64,000 bases of DNA from Stylophora pistillata (lineage: Eukaryota): positions 75,752 through 139,751 of the forward strand of contig NW_019218157.1 of the NCBI RefSeq assembly GCF_002571385.2. The letters are read 5' to 3'. The notes under the pieces were generated by a model. That model worked only from the letters and a program-made list of their open reading frames with translations. It was not told the DNA's origin and did not search any database. The number at the start of each line of letters is the position of its first letter. The stretch's first letter is position 1. This document shows, piece by piece, positions 1-12,597 of the stretch. The position numbers and the translations under genes are program-made.

Positions 1-594
1 CATGTTGAGGTAGATTAGTAAGGTTCGCAAACATTTTAATCCATGAAAATTTATTTTCTTGTAAGTGACACCCCTGTGCTATGAATAGGTACAAAAAGTC
101 CATTCCCAGACTTTCATTAATCATTACCCGAGTGCAGCGGCTCACACAAACTTTGATTTTCTTTTAGGTTTCTTTTATTAATTAGTTCTGCGTCAAAATT
201 ATGTACCAGGGATACAAGAACACTTAGTTTTAAGCATAAAACTATTCAATTTTTTTACAGCCGTTTGCAAAGGGTAATCCCCACTAGTTGATAGCTGCGA
301 TCAAAAGAAGCAAATATTCCTAAGAAAAAGGGAGTAGTGCGTGACTGTAAGTCATTCAAACATCATTGAAAGTTACATTTTCCAGTTGCCATTAATTGAT
401 ATTAAGATTTCCCAACATATAACTGCAAAAAATGCTTTCACAACAAGAATCCTCAACTATTACCTATAACTATGCTTGCTAGGTCAGCCGGGGCTGTGGA
501 ACTGGCTGCTTTCTAAAAGGATAAGCTTTTATCGAGCGGTAAAAAATCATTGACCATAAGTAATTTGGTTTCTCACCACTCTTTCTATTAATAA

Positions 595-1185
595 TAATTA
601 TATGGCTTTGGCTCGTGGCCGATATAACGCGCGCTCTGACTGGTTAAGAGTGGCCTCAGAGCAGGCCATTTTGCGGCGGTAATGCCCACGGGCCGATTAT
701 GGATTATGCAAATTAGAAAAAGCACTAAATATAAATGTCAGAATAGGACCGCGGCGGCTCTTTACGCTTTTTGGAAATTCGAGCGAAATTCTAAGAACTT
801 AATCTGTTAGCCAAGGATTTATGTTCAAAGAATGTGGAATGCTGAAAATGATGCATGAGCCTACACTGATCAATAGTGTTTAATAGCGGAGCGTAGCCCC
901 ATGATTATACAAAATAGTAGTAGTAACCCATCAAGCCGAAAAAATTTGGACTTACGACCGTGCGGGCGTCCGTTGGGTGCTACTTTTAGCATGCGCGGTC
1001 AACTGCACCGCGGGCACGCCAACGCCACGGTTTTGTCCAGTAGTCCAGTGGTCAGTGCACTGGGCTCCGAGTCGGACGACCCTGGTTTTAGTCCTGCCCG
1101 GGGCAAGGCGTTGTGCCTTTGAGACGTGCGAGAAAAAAAATGCAAGCTCGCTTTTAGGCTTAGCTAAATCTATATACGACTGATA
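595..1185. mobile_element. Probable non-autonomous interspersed repeat containing a degenerate tRNA-like cassette (about 1036-1105)
   Basis: A-box-like TAGTCCAGTGG and degenerate B-box GGTTTTAGTCC at tRNA-like spacing. The left end resembles common coral repeat termini. Boundaries are approximate. Confidence 0.4.
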
Positions 1186-1442
1186 CGGATCGGACTCCAA
1201 GTAATACCACTGTTTTGAATGGTTTATAAAACCCCGCAGGCGGATTCTGATTCAATAAAAATTTCAAACTAATCTGATGTACTTACTGAAAGTTGCAGAG
1301 GCTTTTGATCGTTCATTGGTCATTGAAAATTATGTCAGTTGCATTACATGGGTAAGGGGGTAGGGGATGGGGGATGGGAGAGGAGAAACATCAGATAACT
1401 AATGAGAATTCCTATTTGTCTTAGTAAGGTAGCCTACAAGTT

Positions 1443-2498
1443 CTACTGAAACTCCGCTGGTCTGATTTTCATCTCAGCCCTCTTCACAGAGTAGTAGTAT
1501 CCTTTCCAGTGATACCAGTTGACTCCATCAGCAAACGATGTGTGCTTCCCATGATGATAGAAGCCGTTGAGGTTTGAGCTATGACAGGCTGAGTACCACC
1601 AGGCTCCTTTACGTGTCACAGCACAGTTATTGTCGGAGCTGTCCTTGGTTGAAAAGGGATAGCCATGATGTATTGAAAGGGAGTCGCCAGCTGTTCCTAA
1701 AGTAAAGTTAAATTTGAAATTAGCTCTTGCGAGTCATGCAGTCATGCAATCTAACCTTACCTCAGAAGTAAAGACACAAATACCCGATATCCACTGTCGA
1801 GAAAACTGAGTTACAGTTTTGGAATCTAAATGCTTATTCCAAGCTGTCATAGACAATTTCCATGTAGAGCGCCATACTGCGTGTAATTTGGCACTACAGA
1901 TATAAACATGAGTATGCCAAGCAAGCATGACAAGTTAACACTTTTTGGCGGGTGGGTCGAGGTAGCTGATGAATTCAGGTTTATGAAGAAAAAGTGCATT
2001 AACCTTCAAAAGAACGAAAATATCGTATTACTTTACCAGCTATATGTACAGAAGGCAATATAAAGGATTTGAGGACAAAACCTAATCTAGTAGGGGAGGT
2101 AGGGGATAACGGTTTACCAGAGTATGTCTTTATTCTCAACTTGTATTTTTTGCTTTCGTCCTCCACTGCAAACACGTCATACTCAGCGTAAGCAGTATTG
2201 CCTTTAAAATCTTCTAGGTCGACTCGAAGCTTGCTCGGAGATTTTGTCAGTCGGTGTATTTTGTCCAATCCGAGCCAAAACTCGCCATTAAGGTTACCAA
2301 AGCCTTTCTTGTAGAGAGACCAGCCGCGGTAAAAATCAACAGAGCCATTAAGTCTCTTTTGGACCACCGTCCATCCCCCTCCGGCAGTTTTTTGGTCACA
2401 AAACACTCTTAAGTCAGGTCCAGCATCATCCGGGTTGATTACATGAACACCGCTAGTTATTTTACCAGATTTGTACACCTCGGCACAGTTCTTATGCA
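1443..2498 (-). CDS. Fibrinogen C-terminal domain protein (FReD; ficolin/tenascin/MFAP4-like), last two exons 2498-2118 and 1696-1443; upstream exons not located
   Basis: Spliced translation ..[73 protein letters not shown]|[67 protein letters not shown] phase-1 intron 2117-1697; TAG at 1445-1443. Confidence 0.93.
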
Positions 2499-2504
2499 CT
2501 GACA

Positions 2505-2591
2505 AAAAATAATATAAAAATAATAATAAAAATAATAATAATGGCAATAACAATAATAATAATAAAACTGATAATAATAATAATAAAACTG

Positions 2592-2631
<40 letters not shown>
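2505..2631. repeat. (AAT)n microsatellite next to the FReD exon acceptor
   Basis: Visible AAT run; it produces the spurious poly-Tyr and poly-Leu ORFs. Confidence 0.95.
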
Positions 2632-2633
<2 letters not shown>

Positions 2634-3002
2634 CAGTGGTAGCGAGATGTCAAAAAAGTACAATGTCAAAAGCACATTCAACCTTAATTCTTCCAGAGAA
2701 AAGTTTCTCATTGCAACATTTCCTTTGGATTTTGTGTGCCCTCTGGATATGGTTTCATTAGCCAAGGGGAAAATAAGTATAATGAGTCGCGGATATATCA
2801 CGTTTGAATGGGTTTTCAAGATAATTAAATTCCTTTTTGCGAAAACAGACACTTTTACATGAAAACATAGGCAGCCAATGGGTAACTCTCGGATAGAGCC
2901 GGAATCACTTGAACTGCTAGGGTGATATTGGTCGAATTGGCAGACGTTACATTTTTGCTATCGCTCAGTACAAAACTGCAGACTGCAAACCGCACACCGC
3001 CG

Positions 3003-3270
3003 GGTACAAAATGAAGACTAGGTACAAAATGAAGACTAGGTACAAAATGAAGACTAGGTACAAAATGAAGACTAGGTACAAAATGAAGACTAGTTACAAA
3101 ATGAAGACTAGGTACAAAATGAAGACTAGGTACAAAATGAAGACTAGGTACAAAATGAAGACTAGGTACAAAATGAAGACTAGGTACAAAATGAAGACTA
3201 GGTACAAAATGAAGACTAGGTACAAAATGAAGACTAGGTGCAAAATGCAGACTGCAGACTGGATACAAAT
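3003..3270. repeat. 18-bp minisatellite (GGTACAAAATGAAGACTA), about 13 near-perfect copies plus degenerate flanking units
   Basis: Direct reading; flanks contain the related units ACTGCAGACTG / TACAAATGCAGAC. Confidence 0.95.
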
Positions 3271-3373
3271 GCAGACGGAGAGTTGTTTTTTCGTCCGAGT
3301 GTAACTCAATGATCGCTTCTACGCGATCATCTTTCGTTATCGTTTGCACTATTTAAACAATAGAGTGTTTCTG

Positions 3374-3685
3374 CCCCGGCCGGACCAACACTTAAGGTTT
3401 TAAATTGAGAAGAATATGCTGCCTTTCTATAACATCAAGAAATGGTTAGATGTTCTAGTCTTCTCGGATAGGGACGAATAAATGGAGGTCCCGTCTCCTG
3501 CAGGGTTAGGGGTAGGAGATGTTAATTTCCCACGCACAAGATTACTGTGCGATGGATGTCCTCCCCTGGGGTGGGGTGAGTGGGTTGCTGTCTTGCGTTT
3601 CATACATGAACCTCTGGCTCGGGCAATCTGGGTAACCATACCCCACGTAAAGACAATAAGCTTAATTGATTGACTGATTGATTGA
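3374..3685 (+). mobile_element. 5'-truncated tRNA-derived SINE, tail type A, ending in (ATTG)n
   Basis: Body (CCCCGGCCGGACCAA..GCTGCCTTTCTATAACATCAAGAAATGG..CTAGTCTTCTCGGATA..GGATGTCCTCCCCTGGGGTGGG) matches the copy with a tRNA head at 61070-61617 and the fragment at 10734. Confidence 0.8.
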
Positions 3686-3830
3686 ACTATCAGCTGATAG
3701 TTGCCCTGCGGAAATTTGATGTTCTTAAAACAAATATTTTCTCGAGAAGCGAAGCTTCGAGGGCAAATATGCTAGTTTTAAATATAGAGGCAAGACTGAT
3801 ACAACGTAGATAAGTAAATTTTAAGACGGA

Positions 3831-3871
3831 GCACTATATTTCGGCTGGCCAAACCAGCCTTCTTCAGGTGC
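3831..3871 (-). ncRNA. Minimal type I hammerhead ribozyme motif in a Penelope-like palindromic repeat (3782-3910)
   Basis: Minus strand reads GCAC-CUGAAGA-A-GGCUGG-UUUGG-CCAGCC-GAAA-UAUA-GUGC: core boxes, 6-bp helix II, helix I GCAC/GUGC and a palindromic minimal helix III. Flanked by the inverted repeat ATATAGAGGCAAGACT / AGTCTTGCCTCTATAT. Confidence 0.65.
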
Positions 3872-5093
3872 AGTGGGAATTCCCACTGCACCATAGTCTT
3901 GCCTCTATATCTATATTTCATATTCGTTATTTTGGGCCGATTAGATCATCGCTGATCCAACGTACAAGAGTAGGAGTATCGTCCTCGGTTGCCTGCTGAA
4001 CATTTCACAGCTAGTTTTAAGAACATGAAACTTCCAAGGGGCAACTATCAGACCGATAATTACGAGACATAAACACTCTTTTGTCTTTATTGTTTACCAC
4101 TAAATTTTCTTCCGCGCGCCAGTTGAAAGACAGTCAAAACCCATTAAACGTAGATCAATCAAATATTTATTCATGGGTACAGCCTTACACAAATGTCAAT
4201 AATTCGCAACCGTACATTGGCTAAATAACACGTCATACTTGTCTGAATTGAAAAGTCACTATTTTTCCGATCTGCCTAACTTCGCGGCCGTCAGACCATT
4301 CAAAATTTTTCCCGAATGAGTACTATCCATCCGTGTATTTTCCGCGAACGGGCACTGTGGGCTGATAGCGTCTCTCCGCTCTCCATTATCGCGTCACGTG
4401 ATCAATTTAAACCAATACGAATCGGAGAACATTTAGTGGTGAACTATAAGGGCTGATAGTTTCTCTCCACGGATAAACACTATCGCGTCACGTGATCAAT
4501 TTAAACCAATACGAATCGGAGAAAATTTAGTAATGAACAATAATGTGGAATATTCCTGACCCGTTTCCCCGTTAAGTTTGTTTAAGCTTACGTTTGATTT
4601 ATAGTTTTGCTGATATGAGTGCTAATAGGTTCTCTCACTAAGTTTGATCAAAGTTTCGCTCAAAGTTCCTCTCGTAGGATTGACTCGTAAAAGGCTCACC
4701 ATCTATGAACCCTTTGTGAGCTTGGAGGATCGACAAGAAAACCTCTCGAGGAGTCAAATCCCTTCACATTTAGCGTCTACACCCATAGTCACACCTTTTT
4801 TCTTTCAAAGAGCTTTTGTCAGTTACACATGTGCTGACCGCGACGAGTTTTAATCGGAACTCCCTCGAAGAAAAGACAAATATTTCAACGTCGTGGCATT
4901 ACTTTGGAAAGGCAATAGAGGTCCAAGAGGCGTGCCGGTATTATTTCTGAAAGTCAATATCAATTGGTCTGCGGTTGACAAATCGACTTGTTCGTATCTA
5001 AGTGAAAAACAAATTTGCAGATTTTGACCCCTTAGAATGGTCGTTCCACGCTCCGCGTATCGACGACTAAAAATAGAAGTAACGAGATGAAGA

Positions 5094-5336
5094 CCTGGGT
5101 TCAGTTGTTCGATGGCCGCTTAGCGCTAACCCAGGATTAAATTGAAATCCAGGTTTCTTTATTTCTCTACTCAACAGCCTTTCTAGGATTATTTTCCCTT
5201 TTCTTTTAGAGCATTCAGTCATCATACTTAAGACCAAAAGAGTTATACTGTTTTAATTTCAAGCTTTCAGATCCGAAATCAAATTTCACATCCACCCTGG
5301 GTTGTCTCAACCCAGATTTGAACAACCCGACCCTGG
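5094..5336. mobile_element. MITE with imperfect terminal inverted repeats
   Basis: CCTGGGT..GTTGTTC at the left and GAACAAC..ACCCTGG at the right; related partial copy near 34615-34703. Confidence 0.55.
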
Positions 5337-5584
5337 AGCTTCGAGGAACATAAGCATAGTGAGTACCGTGGTGCGTAAGTAGCGTCACGCAAAGCACATC
5401 AAAGTTTTCCTCGAGCATCATTCTCGGAAAATTGTTCGCTAAAACTGTAAAAAAAAAAAACCTACTGAAAAGATTACTTCTGGAATCGGGGCTATGAAAC
5501 GTGTTAGGCGCCTGGTTTCTCAAACGACCCTGCATCTTTTGAAAATACTTGACTTAAAAGTACTAAGCTTGAATACAACCTCAC

Positions 5585-5765
5585 TTTGATTACAAGACAA
5601 GCTGCAAAAATTGCAGAAAAGAGCAGCACGTACTCTGACATTCTCAAATTATGTCACTGACGCTGCCTGATTGTTAGAATTTTTTTTACCGTCAGATTGT
5701 TAGAATTTTTTTTACCGTCAGCGGAACATATAAAAGACCACCACGGTTTTCAAATGCCATCATGG
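5585..5765 (+). mobile_element. Decayed LINE (CR1/L2-type) ORF2 C-terminal fragment
   Basis: Translates LQDKLQKLQKRAARTLTFSNY, similar to the KLQKLQNRAAR motif downstream of CR1/L2 reverse transcriptases; stops follow. Confidence 0.6.
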
Positions 5766-7869
5766 AAAGTCGTTGCGTGACGAACATCTCTCATATAACA
5801 CGGGTTGAAACATGTCACGGTGTGCTGCTTCATTTTGCCTGCCAAGTACCCCTTCCTGTTCTTCCTTTCAACAATTCATTTCTGCATTTTTGGTGGGGTA
5901 TAGTTATCTGGCAAGTTAAGGCGATGTAGTTTCACCAAAATTTGGAGTCATATGCAGTTGAAGGTGAACTAAAGAAGGAAAGCAGGTGCTTGCAATGTGT
6001 TATTTATTTTCAATATGGCGGTGAAAGCGGCAGAAATCGGCAAACAGTGACTTATGAGTTAAACCGTTCCTTTTTCATTTCACCATAGGTAAATGCAATT
6101 TGACTATAATGAGCGTGCAGGTGTGCCTTGCTTTCAAGGTTCTTTCTTTGTTTTTTTCGCATTTTCTTTAATCGGCCCATCGATGTTTTGGTTTGACAAT
6201 GGAAGCCACTGGTCGGCACGGGCATTTTTGTGTACCTTCTGTGCCTTCAAATTAAATTAGTTCACTGTGATGTGAACTGTGATGCTTAGTGTAGTAACAC
6301 CTTACGCTTGAATTTGAAGCCTCACAGAAAGATATCCCACCCATGGAAACCGTTACCCCATGAAAATCTCAGACATGCGCAGATAACATTACTTTGTAAC
6401 ACTGCGTGAGAAAAGGAACGCGGGTTCATCCCGCGAGTTGTTTACATTGATGTTGATGGCACTCAAAAGATCTTACGGCAGCCAGTTTTCTGGTAAAAAT
6501 CAGCCATGAGCCAAAAAGAAGCAGAGAAAACATGTGGACTATTCTGAAAAAATAGAAAAATGCAGCGTTGCAGTTCAAGTGCGCGACTTTTTAAGGGAAG
6601 AAAAAATCGATCGACTCGAGAGTGTAAGAGTTTCAGGTCCAAAAATCTGTTAAGAACTGTCAAAACTCTACGACGCAGTCTAGTTAAGTGTTACTTCAGG
6701 AAGGAATGGAAATGCAAATACTTGCAAATGTTTAAGAATACTACAACTGATTACCTGAGCTACCAATTACGGAGAATGATTTTCATTCCCATTCTGAATT
6801 TTCCGCGATTGTAACTTGCGCGATCGTTGTTCGCATCACTTTAAAATGGTTTTAATCATAACCCAACAATACTCCCACCGAACATAAGCCTAAAAATAAC
6901 CTTGAATTTCAAGACAGAGTAGTCGATATGGCCACATAGCCAGGTTTTGCAGGCTTTTCTTTATTCAGCTCTTTGTGGCGGCAATAAACGCAAGGGAGGC
7001 AGTACGCGCACTCAAAAATGAAAAAACTAAACAGCGGCCCAAATCCTCACAAGTTTCGTGCCCAAGCAAATAAATGTAAAGGCAAGTTAATTTTTTCCGG
7101 TCAGCAGATCATAAGAACGCATATCTTTACGTATTATACAGTATCGAGAGTTTAACAAGTGAAGTTTTAAGGCTTGTGTTAGGGGAGGTTTTAGTAAACA
7201 TGAACAAATTTATCTGCGCACGGACCGCTGTGGAAACGCAATAGTTTCAGTTATTCAACCTTACAAATCCCTTGCAATTGTGATAACATTTTTTTGCCAA
7301 ATTGAAATTCCACATTCTAAATATAACTCATTGATAAGATTTCTAGTAGGAAAATTTTACTTTGTTTTCTTTGTTTCCAAACTCTATCACGTGAAATCAG
7401 TTACATTTAACAAACTTCAATTGTGTCACCTTTTCATAATTTCAATATTTGTAAAAAGGACGGTACATCCAATTGAGAAAGGACGAGTTCAGGCTTCAAA
7501 CTCAACTTAAAAGGTGTAAAAAAAATCTGATGTCTACTGAAAAAGAGGAAAAACAAGTCAAAAACAAGTAAAGGGGGACAAGATCTGCTTCCTCAAAACT
7601 GAAACAGAAATTGCAGGGGAACAATTAAATCACCAAAAAGTGGTATTCCGTTGTGGAGACATTTTCTCATTTTCTCAAGTCCTATGAATTAAGTTGAAAT
7701 CAAGTTTTTGTTTGAATTCCTTGATAAGTTTATCATCCCATCTCTGAATACATCCCAAGCTACTGATGCAGAACTTGGATTCTCGAGTGGTTACCTAGCA
7801 CGGTTATGGCCAGCAACTATTCTGAAGCACCATGAAACTCTAATTGAAATATTGATTTCTCCATCACGT

Positions 7870-8175
7870 GCAAAGCTCATAAAAAGCTTTTTGCTAGCTA
7901 CCAAAAAGCTTTTTATGAGCTTTTTGCTAGCTACCAAAAAGCTTTTTATGAGCTTTTTGGTAGCAAGAAGCTTTTTATGGTATTGACTGAGATTACCCGG
8001 TGCACTGTCGTTAGGTGTTTTTATTCCGACGTATGAGCCGTCGATAGGTTGAACAACGTTCAGCAGATTGCTAAGGTCAGCAAACATTACAACTGATGAA
8101 TGTATCTCTTCAAGGGTCTCTGGAAATTTTACTTGTTCATCGTGAACTTAATAGAGGTCGTTAAGAGCGTGTCCG
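7870..8175 (-). pseudogene. Degraded PIF/Harbinger (HARBI1-like, DDE_Tnp_4) transposase fragment
   Basis: LY*VHDEQVKFPETLEEIHSSVVMFADLSNLLNVVQPIDGSYVGIKTPNDSAPGNLSQYH..KKLFM resembles the Harbinger region around the first catalytic Asp (IKFP..F..LPNVVGAIDGSHI.IKAP). It contains a stop and a rearrangement. Confidence 0.7.
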
Positions 8176-9248
8176 CGAGAAAACCGTACAGAACCAGGCG
8201 ATAATGCACAAATCACCGATTTAGCTCACACTTGGTGGAAATGCTACGTATCATGAGTTAACGAATGTGTGAAAATAATAGTTTAAAACATTTAATTCCC
8301 TGGGAAAACCCCTATTACATGCTTTGCATAATTAATAAGCTAACTTTTAATTGCTGCTGTGACAAATCGAAAAGCCGTCTGCAAATTCAATCAACTGAGT
8401 TGTGTTTTATATCTATCAATCTTCAGGAACAAAGAACTTTTTCAACTTTTCCATCGTTTTTTTTCCCTTACCTCTCCCTTAAGTAGACGTTTCCTGGGTT
8501 TGGCAAAGTCCAATCCCTGATGACCAACCACTTCTGATCAAAATCCTACATGAGCAGTGAAAAGCATTATTTGCCTTCTAAAATCGACAAATATAATTTT
8601 TGGGAAACGGATTTCATTACACGTGCTGACTAACCGCTTTTGGTCTGTTTCACCAAAATACCGTAAACCCCATCTTTGTTCTAATAACTTAAAATAACTT
8701 GAATTTACAAGAAATTTCCGAGAGAGTATCATTTACACCTGAACGAGGAGGGAATATCTTTGAATAGCGCAAGTTGAGCCCTTATTGAGAAATGTTTTGC
8801 AGCCATATCTGGGTTAAATTTTTAGCAAACGCAACAATCGATGATGAACTTTTTGACGAAAGAAAGCAAGGAAGAAACTTGATAATACATTCATGTCTCT
8901 GTGATACCTCAGTTGCAACTATTGGCCTGACATCATTTGTCAGGGAAGTAGCCATTATGTCCAAAAATATACTAGATTCGATTTGTTTCGTTGCCTTGTT
9001 GAAATATTAAACGCAGTGAGAGCCTTGGAAAGATCGATCAAAATTATTGATCTTGTACTGCGTAATACTTATGGACTTACATGTGTTGTTGGCAAAAAGA
9101 TTATTTGAAGCCCTGAAAACTGATGCAAGTCAAAAGGATAATCAGCCATCTTTGATCACATCAAGCCTGTGATTTTGTTCTGTGGTTAACTTTGACATTC
9201 ATTGGGTATGTCAAAACTTGCTTTGTGTTTCTAGCTAGAGCTAGTCTT

Positions 9249-9251
9249 NNN
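9249..9251. other. Assembly ambiguity (NNN)
   Basis: N characters in the sequence. Confidence 0.99.
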
Positions 9252-10733
9252 ATTGTATGTGTTTGGAAATCAGCAATATTTATTTTTTCAGTAAAGGAAA
9301 AGGAAAATAGGTCTTTTAAGTCCTGTCACTGAGCAATTCAACGATCGAACGTAACAGATCTCAGACCAGATTGAGGACTGAATTGAATGCAACCAGGCCC
9401 GAGGTATCAATCAACAAGCCACCCTAGTGACGTGTAGTTAGCTTGCATTTACGTCTTAGATCCTTCTTCGTCGAAGCTTTGGACTATTTGTACGTGAACA
9501 TTGGAAGTTCTCCTTCCACTTCGCTTACTTAAGATGAGAACAAATATAGCCATGGAGAAAGTCCCTGGAAATGGAGAGATTTCCACTTTTCAAATATTCT
9601 TTCCCATTTTAGTCTTTCATGATGTTCTCTCTGAAATTTGCTGTAGATTTCAAGTAATTTTAGGGCAAATAAACAAAGATGTGGCTCACGACACTTTGAT
9701 GGTACAAACCGGCAAAAAGCGGTTAATGTTAATTTTATGTGAACAAGGGTAATGAAATCCGTCGCCCAAAAATTCCATTACCGATTTTGAAAGTCAAATG
9801 ATGGCTTTCACTTCTCATGTAGGAATTATCACGGACCAGAAGTGGTTGGTCTTCCAAGATTGGGCCTTACATTACACATATTTTTTTGGACTTTGTCAAA
9901 ACCAGAAAAAGATTTCTTCCCACCACGTCAACACTAATTTTCGTCACCACGGTCAACACTAATTTTCTCATACTTTTATTAATTAATGCGGGAAATATAA
10001 CGCGAGAAAAAAAAAGAAGTGAAGCAAAACAACATGTACAAGGCCTTCATTAACCATCGTTAGGTACCTTCTCGAGTTATCTTATTGTTTATACACTACA
10101 TAACGTCACAGAGTCAATACGAAATCGTGAGAAATATTGAGATGTTGCCTGCCCTGGCGAGAAGAAGATCTCCCTCCGTTTTCAAAAATGAATCAAAGCA
10201 GTCATGAAACTTCAGGTGACTCTTAATGCTTCTTCTGCATGTTTCTATCGCCTCACATAAAACATTTGTCAGGTTAGAACCACGCATCCACAAGGCCCTC
10301 CAACAAGTTCAGAGTAGCCACAGATTGTCATTACATATACACAACTTTGCAAAAGCGCACCGTGGTACAGATTATCGACGCAGAAGTACTCTGACTGTGT
10401 GTCACGTGAAAACGTTCATCTTATTTATGTATATCGAAAGTGATCGTATCAGTTATTGCGTGCTAAGCGCTTGATGTTTGGTCACGATTCAGACACTTGT
10501 ACACAGGACAATACCTATCTGCGAAAATCTTCTCCCATCTAATAATGTGGGAGGCTTGCAGCCTTAAAAGTAGAACAACGTTACAAGTAAAAACACAATG
10601 ACACGACAAGTATATAATGTGTTCCTACACCAATCAAGATGTAAAAAGTTCCCACTGATTAGATAAGCTTTGAAAGCTTATATGATGAAGCTTGAAAAAC
10701 AATGTCATCAGATTGGTGAATGAAAAAGAGGAG

Positions 10734-10930
10734 TAGGGACGAATAAATGGAGGTCCCGTCTCCTGCAGGGTTGGGGTAGGAGACGTTAATTTCCCACACA
10801 CGAGATTACTGTGTGATGGATGTCCTCCCCTGGGGTGGGATGGGTGGGATATAGGGCGCACTTAATAAGGAGCCTCGCTCTGTTGTGCGACCCTCACCAC
10901 ACTCTGGTGAAAGTGAGTAAATCAATTAAA
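10734..10930 (+). mobile_element. 5'-truncated copy of the same SINE body, tail type B
   Basis: 10734-10848 is nearly identical to 3468-3584; the sequence after GGGGTGGGATGGGTGGG is unrelated to tails A and C. Confidence 0.75.
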
Positions 10931-12495
10931 GTGCTGAAAATTTAATGTTTGCATAACTCGTAGATTGGAATAAACAGTAAAACGACGAGATTAAATTGGT
11001 TTTATTTACAGAAGCAAATTCCCCGTCAAACCTTCAAAATCCAGAAAATTATTTTCAAAGTAATCGTAACAACTACTGTAGCTCCGAATGAAACACTTCA
11101 CCACTACCAGATGAATGATTCTCTTGATTTTTTATTAAATTTTCAGAAATCTGAGGATGGAAAGAGGGTGACGCGTGATCAAGATGGTACTGGGACCGAG
11201 TGATTTGTTAATAACTAGTGTGATTGAATTGAAGTTCAGAAAACTGGTCGCGATAGCAAAATTCGAGAGAGAAAGTAAACACCGGTTATAGGTTTTCATA
11301 AAAAAAAATTAAACAACAGTAACTCGGCGAAATGCGTGACAACAGCCCACTTTCACAGGCATGACGTGTCAGCTTTCTTTTGACACTGTCCATTTATAAG
11401 CAAGACGCGTACGCTGACCTTTGAGCCTTTCACGTCATGATGACGTACGATTGCGGGCTCGGTTGGAACATGTTTTCAGGAATGGTGGACGATTTTTGAA
11501 TTTTGGACGACTTTGAAGCGGTAAAAATTGGTCATCGAAGGTTTGTTTTGAGTTTTTAATGGCGAAAAGGGTTTTAACTTGTCACAATTCAAAATTCTAT
11601 AAACAAATGAATCCAAAATTAAATGGGGGCACTTTAAATCGGGCTGGTAAAATCACGTTGGAGAATAAATTTTGTCATAGTTCTGGTTTATCCCGGAATT
11701 GACAAGTGACGCGTGGATTTTACAGAAATGCTCGCAAGTGAAGTTAAGATGTGAACTCGTGGCATGTAAGATACCGTTTTTATTTTTTGTTTTTGTTTTT
11801 GGTTTTTGGTTTTTGGTTTTTTTTTTTTTTTTTTTTTCATTCTGCCCGTGACGTGTGAATTTGTCTAACTAAGAGTGATACGGGATTAAGACCCCCTTTT
11901 GATACTTATGGAGACGCTCATGTTTTGGTCACAAGGAGTCAATAACAGGAACTCCATCTCTCCCCTTCACGTTCTTATGTTACGTCACGCAAGACGTTAT
12001 CTCTTCGAGTTACGTGACGACTCAAAAAACGCTCAGGATATCTCAGGATTAAAAAAAAAGAAAAAAGACAGCAAATAATCAATGTGAAAAATTTATTCTA
12101 TATATCTTTTGGATAAAAGACGTACTCTATCCGCTTAAAAATAATTTATCCGCTCAAGGTTAACAATTATTACAAAATAAACAACTAAACAAAGACTGCT
12201 CAACCCCGGATTTCTCAGTGAGAAATGATTGTAAGAGTTGGTTATCATAATTTTCTATGTATTACTAGAAAAAAGCTCCCATAGTTTTCTAATCCATCAG
12301 AAACCCTCTCTTAGAAAATGCATACCAAGACAATGTATCATGTCAGCTTTATATTTGAGAAATAATCTGTCAACCAATAACATGGAGAAAGCTGCGCATG
12401 TAATTGGCCTTCATGATATCGTTGTTAAGTGCCAGAAGAAAAAGTAAGAAAAAGAATGGAAATTTGTGAACTGTGCGAATTGATTCCCCTCTTTT

Positions 12496-12597
12496 GGGGC
12501 TCCCTGTATTTGAATTTCATATCTAATTATCAAGGAAGACCTAAAACAAAAAATTTTCCTTGATAATTAAATACTAAATTCAAATGCAGGACGCCCC
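12496..12597. repeat. Imperfect inverted repeat (about 40-bp arms), probable MITE remnant
   Basis: GGGGCTCCCTGTATTTGAATTT..TAATTATCAAGGAA / TTCCTTGATAATTA..AAATTCAAATGCAGGACGCCCC. Confidence 0.6.

Noticed and set aside
2457-2852. Poly-Tyr ORF and the apparent Leu-rich signal peptide on ORF 1999-2553
   Set aside because: Both derive from the (AAT)n microsatellite; the real FReD exon begins at the AG acceptor before 2498.
3003-3270. CRISPR array or repetitive protein (MKTRYK)n / (PSLHFV)n
   Set aside because: Head-to-tail units with no spacers, no cas genes and a eukaryotic context; the ORFs are by-products of the repeat.
4590-5535. Upstream exons (signal peptide or N-terminal domain) of the FReD gene
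   Set aside because: Candidate donors exist, but I found no open, phase-1-compatible exon with a recognisable motif.
6500-6820. Possible SAM- or Myb-like second ORF of the Harbinger element
   Set aside because: Only vague similarity across broken frames; cannot be supported without a search.
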